From: Candidatus Thorarchaeota archaeon
GTDB taxonomy: Archaea > Asgardarchaeota > Thorarchaeia > Thorarchaeales > Thorarchaeaceae
Assembly (NCBI GenBank): GCA_029855935.1
Contig: JAGSHN010000018.1
Span: forward strand, 1-64,000
Direction: 5' to 3'
Length of the DNA stretch: 64,000 nucleotides
Shown here: in pieces, positions 49,460 to 57,543 of the stretch
Layout: every line of letters begins with the position of its first letter
Numbering within the stretch: position 1 is the stretch's first letter
Notes under the pieces: model-generated
Database searches by the model: none
What the model was told of the DNA's origin: nothing
What the model saw: only the letters and a program-made list of their open reading frames with translations
Position numbers and translations under genes: made by a program

Positions 49460-52400
49460 ATGAGAGCGAGCCGCATACTTCTCATCATGAGCCTGCTTCT
49501 GATGTCATCGCTGTTCGTTGTCAGTTTCTCGATGATGACGAGCACAACCAGCATCAGAGCAGAAGATGACAATTCTGATTCAGGTCTTGAAACTATATCG
49601 TTTCTTGAGCCAGTCAACAAGTTCGGGACGGCCACCTCGGTCTGGGACTACGTTGATGAACACTACAAGTCCAACTTGGGAAAAGTCACCGACTTCATCT
49701 ATATGACGCAGAATAACGACGACGCCGCAACGCTATCCGAGGCGGCATCGAGCTACGCCCTCTTGGAGTACCGCAGAACATGGAGTCCGTGGCTACCTGG
49801 CGGGTGGAGCTCGACCGGGGACTTCAAGCTCGTGAACACAGGGGGAGTCGACGGTGACGACTATGCAGGGTGTGGATTCGAGGAGCAGCATACAGCACAT
49901 GGAACACTCACCAGCCCCACCTACAACATGGCCGGAGTGGAGTCCTTCAAGTTCTCCGTATATCTGAAGGACTATAGACACGCCGGATCCTCCGCTGACC
50001 TGAAGGTCTACTTCAAGGACAGCTCGGGGAACTGGGACTACAAGTTCGACTTGGAGAACTGCGGCGAAGCGGATGCCAATGGATGGAGATACAAGGCAAT
50101 GACAGTCACTGACTCTCAGTACCTCCATGGCTCATTTCAAGTGAAATACGAGGCAACTCAGGTTGGCCAGTTCGAGATGGTAGGTGTGGACAACCACCGC
50201 ATCGAGAAGGGAGCCAATCACGGTCTGGACCAAGAGTTCCGCTTCACGAACGTTGACTACAACAGGTTTGCGGACGAGCGCCTGACAATCTATTCTTCCC
50301 CTCTAGGGGGCGAGAACATGATAGCCCAGTGCTGGACGGGATCATCGTGGCATACTCTCGGATCTATCAGCTCGAGCCCTCAGACCTTCAATGTTCACGA
50401 CTACCTCAACTCCGACACGTTCCGTGTGCGACTGATTGATGAAACGAGAGGCGGTGACTGGACAAGGAACAAATGGTACATCTCAAGGATGTACCTCTAT
50501 CTCTCAAATGCCATACCCACGCATCCGTACACACCAACGTCCGACTCACTGTATGACGGAGGGGTGTTCTATGCCCGACAGTCACCGCACAGCTCGAACT
50601 ATGCATATATCACTACCAAGCACGTCGATGATGACGGATACGGCGACATTGACTACTGCTACATCATCGGGCGCGTCAGCGGAACAGTGAGATGGAAAGC
50701 ACGGTACACCCCGGCTGGGAACCAGTGGACGATAATCAGCGGTTCCTCGTATATTGATCTCGGCCCCGGGAGTGTGATCAAGAGTGGCACAACCATCACC
50801 ATAACGTGGCACATCAGGTTCGACTGGAACCATCCGGACACCAATGACCTAGACATAGGACTAGAGACCGATGACGGCGTGTCCGATGTCACAACATACT
50901 TCCCAACAAACTGGGACGTAGAAACCGGCTTGGAGCTGATATATCACGGTGTGACAGATTCACGCGTCGACGTGGGAGGCTCTCTCTCTGTCACAGGCGA
51001 TATCAGATACTATGGATCGGCCTCTAACATAGCACCCGACCCATCAGAGGTAGAGGTCTATGTGACAAGAAGCCTGACCTCGTCAGCCAGCTGGACTGGA
51101 ACTCCGAACGGCGATGGAACCTTCTCAGTGCCAGTGTCTGTCGATACCTACGTCAGCAACAACAGATTCTCATACCAAGTGAGAGACACGGTGCATCACG
51201 TGAACCGGCTGACTGACCCATACAGCGATGATGTGATAGGAGATAGAGTCAAGGTAACTGACATGCACTGCGATGATCCGCAGAATAGGACCGACGTGGG
51301 TGCCTCTGTGACCATCTATGCCACTCTCGTCTACGAATACGATGACACACCCGTGACGACAGGCACTGTGACGATAAACGGCATCACTGCAACCCACGAG
51401 GGGAGTGGTACGTGGTCCATCACACATTCTGAGAGCTCGGTGACATCGATCACGTTTGACACCGTGGCAATATCGGGAGACACGTACGGCCTCTCTGTTG
51501 TGAACCAGAACTCTCAGAGCGTCGAGGTGATATGGGACCAGATCATCGTGGGCGGATATTCTGTCGAGGACTCGTGGGTGAACATCGGCGCGACAGTTGA
51601 TGTCCACGTCACACTCACCTACGCCTACGATGGGGCCAACGTCACCGACGGTACCGTGACCCTCAACGGCTATTCTGCATCACACGTCAGCGGCAGCGCT
51701 TGGGTGGCCCCGGTCTCTCAGTCCGACGTGACAAGAATCATCTTCAACGACGTAGCGTGCAGTGGAAACCAGTACGGAATAACAGTGGTGGACCAGAATG
51801 GCCAACAACAGCCGGTGACCTGGGACAAGGTGACTGTACGCTCCTATTCGGTGACCGACGCGCGAGTCAACATAGGAGACTCCGTGACTATTCAGGTCGA
51901 GATAGAATACGAGTACGATGACACGGACGTTGTGGATGGCAGTGTCACAATCAACGGGATCTCGGCCACATACACTGGCAGCAATGGCGTATGGGAGATC
52001 ACTGTGACCCAGAGCACGGTACAGCAGGTGACCTACGACACTGTGGCGTGCGTGGGTAACGCCCACGGAATATCAGCCGTCGATCAGAACGGCCAATCGA
52101 CATCTGTCATCTGGGATGCGCTGGTGATCCACATAACAGACCCCACAGATCAGCGGATTGACATCGGGGCGAATGCCAGCGGCATCGCGGTGTCAGCAAC
52201 GTACGCTTACGACGGCGGTGCATATGACGGTTCACTGACGCTCAATGACACAACCTTCCAATTTGCGACGGTGGGAAGACGCGGGTACACTGTGTCCAGT
52301 GCAGCAGGCGACGACACCTATGGAATCTCTGTGATTCTCACCAATGACGAGACCTACTGCATCTGGGATGCACTTATCGTCCACTTGTCAGGCCCATCCG

Positions 52401-54556
52401 ACCAGAGGATCAACATAGGTGACGCGGCCTCGGGAATCTCGGCATCAGCTGTCTACGCTTATGATGGCGCCTCCTATGACGGCACGCTGGCTCTCAACGA
52501 TACCACGTTCGTCTACGCCACTGTGGGCAAGAGAGGATACACTGTCGCAAGTGCGGCAGGCGACGACACCTATGGAATCTCGGCAATACTCTCCAACGAT
52601 GAGACCTACTGCGTCTGGGATGCCCTGATTGCAAGCGTCACCGACCCGGTTGACCAGCGAATCAACGTGGGTGACACTGTGACCGGAGTGACCGCATCGG
52701 CGGTCTACGCCTACGACAATGCGGTCTATGACGGCACGCTGATCCTCAATGATACGAATCTGGCCTACGGTACTGTTGGCAAGAGAGGATATTCTGTGGC
52801 CTCTGGTGCTGGCGATGATTCCTACGGCATAACGGTCGTCCTTTCCAGCGGGGAAACATACTGCATCTGGGACGAGATTGAGGTGCAGGGCTACACGGTC
52901 GCGGATAGTCGCGTCAATATCGGGACAACGGTCACCGTCCAGGTCTTGCTCCGGTACGCGTACGACAGTGCGTATGTCAACACCGCGACAGTGATCATCA
53001 ACGGCCTCGTGGCATCACACGCCGGAGATGGTACGTGGGAGGTCACGGTGAGCAGGAATGTCGTGTCAAGCAGGACTCTCAACAATGTGACCGTTGAGAA
53101 TGACGCATTGTACGGCATTGACGTCTTGAACCAGAATGGTCAGTCAGTGACCATAATCTGGGATGCGATAGAGGTCTACGAGATTGGCTCACCTGAGTGG
53201 GTGCTCTCGGGCGAGTCGTTCACCGTCTGGGCCAGGCTAAGACTTGCCTTCGACGGCCACGAGCTCGGTGCGGAGGACAATGTGATCATCGGCAACATAG
53301 CGGCCACCTGGAACGGCTCCTGCTTCGTCATCTCTGACTCGTACTCTGGAACCGGTGCTAGAACCTACCACGTGAACGCCACAGTGGAGGCCACCTATGG
53401 TATCTCTACTATCGAGGCAGTGGAGACGACAACAACGAAGGTCACGGACACGCCAGGAATCACTGACCTCAGCAGCGACTTTGAGCCTGCGAACAACCTC
53501 TACGTTGGCGTTCTCTCAACCGACCCGCTCTGGATACAGTGGGACCCTGTCAATGACCCGCAGCCGCCAGAGTTCTCGTTCACAGTCACAGGAGCCTACA
53601 TTGACGAATGGACTGTGACCTCCTCGTGGAGCAACTCCACAGTGGCCACCGGAACAACTGCCGGGCAAAAGACTGTTGCAATCGAGAGCGGACTGCCCTA
53701 CAGTGCCAAGAACTACACGTACAGAATCGAGGTCAGAAACGAGGCGGGATACTCAACATATGTCGATATCTATGTCCTCGTGACGGACTTCACGGCACCA
53801 ACAATTGTCGGTCCGGACGACGTATCGCTTGAGGCTGGTGACAGCATAGTTCTGAACTGGACCCTCGATGACGCGCACCCGGGTGAGCTCAGGGTCATCA
53901 TCGACGGCACGCCCGGTGCGTACGAGGAGTGGGAAACGGGCGAGTTCCGGCTGACTGTTGAGGGCAACTCCCTTGGTGAGCACAACTACACGATTGAGGT
54001 CAATGACGACTTTGGCAACGTGAGGACAGACACCGTGATCGTCACAGTTGTCGATACAACGCCTCCAGAGATCAGTCACCCCGATGACGTGGTCATGTCC
54101 GAGTCCGACACAAACGTCACCATAGAATGGACGGGATCTGACCTCTTCCCCGGGACCTACGCCATATTTCGAAACGACACCGTCATCGAGTCGGGACGCT
54201 GGAACTCCAGCAGCGAGACGATCAGCGTCAGACTTGATGGTCTGGCACTAGGATACTACGTCTTCAGACTTGTGCTCAACGACACTTCGGGCAACTCCGC
54301 GAGCGATGAGGTTGCCGTCCAGGTCACAGCAGAGACCACAACAACGACCACCACCACGACTACAACGACGACCACTACTACAACAACGACCACAAGTACA
54401 ACGTCGGAGACCACCGGGGTCACGACAATCACGACCACAATCACAGGACCAGGTTTCACACTCGTGGTGATGATAATAATTGGCGCCGCGGGCGGAATGA
54501 TTGTCATTGTGATCGTGATTCTCAACAGGAAGGGCGTCATAGGCTCCGGACCGTAG
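49460..54556 (+). CDS. Large cell-surface (glyco)protein with tandem Ig-like repeats, poly-Thr linker and C-terminal TM anchor
   Basis: 1698 aa; signal peptide; T/S/D/V/G-rich beta composition; internal repeats ending in WD; NxT/S sequons; DFTAP/DTTPP Ig-like junctions; TM + RK. Confidence 0.9.
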   Translation: MRASRILLIMSLLLMSSLFVVSFSMMTSTTSIRAEDDNSDSGLETISFLEPVNKFGTATSVWDYVDEHYKSNLGKVTDFIYMTQNNDDAATLSEAASSYALLEYRRTWSPWLPGGWSSTGDFKLVNTGGVDGDDYAGCGFEEQHTAHGTLTSPTYNMAGVESFKFSVYLKDYRHAGSSADLKVYFKDSSGNWDYKFDLENCGEADANGWRYKAMTVTDSQYLHGSFQVKYEATQVGQFEMVGVDNHRIEKGANHGLDQEFRFTNVDYNRFADERLTIYSSPLGGENMIAQCWTGSSWHTLGSISSSPQTFNVHDYLNSDTFRVRLIDETRGGDWTRNKWYISRMYLYLSNAIPTHPYTPTSDSLYDGGVFYARQSPHSSNYAYITTKHVDDDGYGDIDYCYIIGRVSGTVRWKARYTPAGNQWTIISGSSYIDLGPGSVIKSGTTITITWHIRFDWNHPDTNDLDIGLETDDGVSDVTTYFPTNWDVETGLELIYHGVTDSRVDVGGSLSVTGDIRYYGSASNIAPDPSEVEVYVTRSLTSSASWTGTPNGDGTFSVPVSVDTYVSNNRFSYQVRDTVHHVNRLTDPYSDDVIGDRVKVTDMHCDDPQNRTDVGASVTIYATLVYEYDDTPVTTGTVTINGITATHEGSGTWSITHSESSVTSITFDTVAISGDTYGLSVVNQNSQSVEVIWDQIIVGGYSVEDSWVNIGATVDVHVTLTYAYDGANVTDGTVTLNGYSASHVSGSAWVAPVSQSDVTRIIFNDVACSGNQYGITVVDQNGQQQPVTWDKVTVRSYSVTDARVNIGDSVTIQVEIEYEYDDTDVVDGSVTINGISATYTGSNGVWEITVTQSTVQQVTYDTVACVGNAHGISAVDQNGQSTSVIWDALVIHITDPTDQRIDIGANASGIAVSATYAYDGGAYDGSLTLNDTTFQFATVGRRGYTVSSAAGDDTYGISVILTNDETYCIWDALIVHLSGPSDQRINIGDAASGISASAVYAYDGASYDGTLALNDTTFVYATVGKRGYTVASAAGDDTYGISAILSNDETYCVWDALIASVTDPVDQRINVGDTVTGVTASAVYAYDNAVYDGTLILNDTNLAYGTVGKRGYSVASGAGDDSYGITVVLSSGETYCIWDEIEVQGYTVADSRVNIGTTVTVQVLLRYAYDSAYVNTATVIINGLVASHAGDGTWEVTVSRNVVSSRTLNNVTVENDALYGIDVLNQNGQSVTIIWDAIEVYEIGSPEWVLSGESFTVWARLRLAFDGHELGAEDNVIIGNIAATWNGSCFVISDSYSGTGARTYHVNATVEATYGISTIEAVETTTTKVTDTPGITDLSSDFEPANNLYVGVLSTDPLWIQWDPVNDPQPPEFSFTVTGAYIDEWTVTSSWSNSTVATGTTAGQKTVAIESGLPYSAKNYTYRIEVRNEAGYSTYVDIYVLVTDFTAPTIVGPDDVSLEAGDSIVLNWTLDDAHPGELRVIIDGTPGAYEEWETGEFRLTVEGNSLGEHNYTIEVNDDFGNVRTDTVIVTVVDTTPPEISHPDDVVMSESDTNVTIEWTGSDLFPGTYAIFRNDTVIESGRWNSSSETISVRLDGLALGYYVFRLVLNDTSGNSASDEVAVQVTAETTTTTTTTTTTTTTTTTTTTSTTSETTGVTTITTTITGPGFTLVVMIIIGAAGGMIVIVIVILNRKGVIGSGP
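51245..53164 (+). repeat. Intragenic repeat array A-A-A-B-B-B-A (A 96-98 aa; B 84 aa / 252 bp)
   Basis: B units start at 52118, 52370 and 52622 with a 252-bp period and are similar at DNA level. A units span 51245-51538, 51539-51826, 51827-52117 and 52874-53164. Confidence 0.88.
54335..54443 (+). repeat. ACN-codon low-complexity tract encoding a poly-Thr linker
   Basis: TTTTTTTTTTTTTTTTTTTTSTTSETTGVTTITTTIT before the TM anchor. Confidence 0.85.
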
Positions 54557-54585
54557 CCACACATACGGATGGAGAGTGGCAGATA

Positions 54586-54630
54586 GCCGGGCCAACCCGG
54601 CCTCCACTCCCGCCATTTTCTCTTTTTCCT
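54586..54630 (+). terminator. Putative terminator of the surface-protein gene
   Basis: GCCGGG-CCAA-CCCGGC hairpin followed by ATTTTCTCTTTTTCCT. Confidence 0.5.
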
Positions 54631-55119
54631 CTCATCGAGCGAGGAGCAGGTGGGCAACGGCCCGCGTCGGATTGCCATTTGCACCCCACGTCGCGCCCAA
54701 AGGGAGCACAGTGGTCCTAGCGTATCCGGGGTGGCAACAGGAAACTCTGACGACAACGGGGATGAAGACAGGTGATTGTCGTCATTGGAGGGTAATATCC
54801 TCGCGTTAGTCAATGATCAAACGGGTGAGCTCACAAACAAGGTGCTCTGGTTTCATAGACCCTCATTGGCCCGCATTGGTGCATACTCGTGCTGGTGAGC
54901 AATTCCGCCCTGTCGTCATCATCTCTCAGATTCGAGAATGGTGTGATCTTGACGAGATACAACTCGTTGTGATCTGGAAAGATGAATCTTGAACAGACTG
55001 ATGTACGTCTGGCGTAGACCACTCGCCATAGATTTTCAAAGTCTTGACAAGTCATAGTTTCCGGCATCAACCCAAGTTCACAACAACACAGAAACCGTCT
55101 GCTTGGTCAAGACTTGAGT

Positions 55120-55476
55120 CTACGCCAACGAAAGGATGTTATAAAGTGTGTAACGAATTTTGAGTAGATCTTTCTTTACAATTGGCTCAGGGGTCTTCTG
55201 TGAAATCCGCTGTATCGAAACGGTGCGAATCTGATGACACAACGCAAAGGACTTTGACCGTAGCCCCCTCACCATTTCAACAGGGACAACCGTCCACCAA
55301 TTTCGCCTTTTGGTTGTAAGTGGAACAATAATGGCAAGTCCAAGGTCCTTGCTAGTGTTCCTATGCCTCGTAGGAATTGCAACAATGACGCACGGTCTTG
55401 TCTTTGCCTCTTCGTGCCCGACCACGGGGTCAAGGTTGACGTGGACAATATCGCCTACGGAAAACGTGTCACCCAT
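55120..55476 (-). CDS. mazF: MazF/PemK family endoribonuclease toxin
   Basis: GDIV.V.LDP..GHE..K.RPC.IV, IVPLTT, S.ALC.QIRTVS..RI. Confidence 0.92.
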   Translation of the reverse strand: MGDTFSVGDIVHVNLDPVVGHEEAKTRPCVIVAIPTRHRNTSKDLGLAIIVPLTTKRRNWWTVVPVEMVRGLRSKSFALCHQIRTVSIQRISQKTPEPIVKKDLLKIRYTLYNILSLA

Positions 55477-55484
55477 CTACGCAG

Positions 55485-56279
55485 TCACTCCAGATCTGAA
55501 TCGATACGGCCAAAGTCTTCGGCTATTTCGATGTCTTCGGGACTTGGAACGATACCCTCAACCCGAAGAGTCGAGCCAGCACATTGCTGGTCTGTTAGCA
55601 TTGAGAGCTGTGCAATTGTTTCTTGTGTCCAATCGCGGAGCAATACCTGAAGTTCTTGAATCTGTTTCTTGGTCAGGGTTGCTTGCATCTGGGCTAGTCC
55701 GATTACCACTATCACCAAAGTCGGGAACAGCGCAAGGTTGTACGTCATTATCCACCACGACAGGGACAAACTGTCAATTTGCCCTTCGTCACTCTCTACT
55801 GCTGTTGCATCTGGCATCTCGGAAGTGTCATCAACAATGCGTCGAAGCTCTTTCATAAGCCTTTGAAAGTCAGAGTATTCGAGATGGAGATTTCCGTCCG
55901 GTCCCGCTTCAACAGAGAACATAAGGACTGGCAGTAGAGTCCTGAGAGTATCGAGCGCAAATGTGAAGTTAGAGAGAACAACTGAGCCATAGAGTTCTCT
56001 AAGCGTTTCAAACAGTGCACTGTCCTCCGCTATTCTTTGGAAGAATGACTGAAGTGACTTATACGCGGAGATTGCTGTCTTCTTTGCCTTTTCTATGTCC
56101 TGAAACATCGCCAGAAACGAAGACTCGAACTCCTCTAGGACAAGCTTCTTGATGGCTGCACCAATTGATTCTCTTGAGAATTCCTCAATAAGCGCTTGCA
56201 GATGACTGTCGACATGCTTGGGTTCACCCATCAAATGCGCACTGATCATGCTGGAGCGATTGGGAACCATTTGCATCAT
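55485..56279 (-). CDS. Hypothetical helical protein directly upstream of mazF (candidate atypical antitoxin)
   Basis: 264-aa ORF with a GGAGG SD. It ends 8 bp before mazF and has an acidic C-terminal tail. Confidence 0.7.
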   Translation of the reverse strand: MMQMVPNRSSMISAHLMGEPKHVDSHLQALIEEFSRESIGAAIKKLVLEEFESSFLAMFQDIEKAKKTAISAYKSLQSFFQRIAEDSALFETLRELYGSVVLSNFTFALDTLRTLLPVLMFSVEAGPDGNLHLEYSDFQRLMKELRRIVDDTSEMPDATAVESDEGQIDSLSLSWWIMTYNLALFPTLVIVVIGLAQMQATLTKKQIQELQVLLRDWTQETIAQLSMLTDQQCAGSTLRVEGIVPSPEDIEIAEDFGRIDSDLE

Positions 56280-56356
56280 CGACTACCTGCCTCCGAATTG
56301 GCTGGTGACTCCCACAGCTTTTTTTTCCGACCACGTTTGTGTTCCCGCCTAGCTCT

Positions 56357-56391
56357 CTATGATAGAACTTTCGGTTTCGCTCTTATCATAG
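56357..56391. promoter_or_regulatory. Inverted repeat upstream of the mazF operon (candidate operator)
   Basis: CTATGATA-N19-TATCATAG, about 80 nt upstream of the 56279 start. Confidence 0.4.
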
Positions 56392-57543
56392 TTTTCTGCC
56401 TGAAACGCGTGACTTTATCCCGACGAAACATTCAGCCCATCGTCGCTGTGCACTCTTGGGAAACGAGGGGTCGCTACGAAACCCGGCCGTACCATTGCAG
56501 TTGTCGTGGAACACCTTGTAGTCAGACTCTAGATAGCTGAGGCGAGTGTTATGTATCTGCTCGACGGTCCTTGCAGGACTGCTGTGCCGATAGTCGTGAA
56601 TCTCCACACGTTCCCCGCAGTCGGTCTTGGTTCGCTTCTCCGTGCTAGTGGAGAGCCTTGTCTGCTGCAGGGGACACATCGGCAGTCACTCATCGTGATA
56701 GGTCACAGGAAGGCCGTTCCACGCCCATACATTGTTCTGGAGAGGACACTGTCAGCCTACTTGGACTGGCGCCCTCCCGGTAGTACCGCACCTGCATACA
56801 GACTGCGCTTCTTGTGTGTGTCCAGCCTCTCGCAACAAGCGAGACCCCAGTTTCTTGCTGGCATCATAGAGCGAAATTGCGGGCACACCCTTCCAAGCGG
56901 CCGATAGACTGTGATCCAATGACAGGTTTGCAGCATCGGAGCCACAATATTCAGTTAGGTCCTATGCGTGGATACATTCAGTCGGGACTCACTAGACAAG
57001 GTTCCAACTCCGAAGAGAACTACAATGCTCAAGTAGAAGCCTCTAAGAGAAACACCAGAACTATGTTTCCGGTGACCACTTGAGATCGCGGCGGTTTCGA
57101 CGTGGGTCACGTCACAAAGAGCCGAATCACCAAGTTCGGGAGCAGGGTCAGTTGAGGCGGGTTCGGCTCCCGGTTCTGGCCGCGTAGATAGAAGCTGCGA
57201 GCTGTCATACACCGACGTTGCCTCGTAGTACTAGTTCTGCGTGTAGTTGGTGACTAGCCTCTGCATCATCCGCATAATGGTGTTGGAGAAGAACTGGAAG
57301 GATTCAGAGCCGCTTGACAGATATAGGCCACGAGTAGCCAACAACTGAGCCTGACCGTAGTCTCTCGCTTGAAGAAGAGGAGGGCTTTGGCGAATTGTTC
57401 ATAGTCAGACTATGTGGCTCTGCGGAATCAGGTTATCCTAGGCGGGCCCAGCCCGTGTCGAGTCGCCATCTACGGCCAGCGTCATGCTCAAGTTCATCCA
57501 CCAAAAGACCAATTACGAAAGTGCTCAATCTCAGCGGGAGTGA

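Noticed and set aside
52118-52873. Regularly spaced DNA repeats considered as a CRISPR array or mobile repeat
   Set aside because: The period is 252 bp, in frame, with synonymous divergence and no unique spacers. These are protein domain repeats.
54831-55070. Short ORF ending ...PCL-TGA considered as a selenoprotein or as an intact gene
   Set aside because: Readthrough meets another TGA after a few codons, there is no redox motif or recognisable family, and it is more likely a remnant.
57119-57185. GGGTTCGGCTCCC resembling a tRNA T-arm (possible tRNA/tRNA-Sec or integration site)
   Set aside because: No acceptor stem, D-arm or anticodon arm can be built, and the T-loop deviates from TTCGA.
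56386-57212. Several short ORFs considered as transposase or integrase fragments
   Set aside because: No DDE, HUH or tyrosine-recombinase motif is recognisable in the frames examined.
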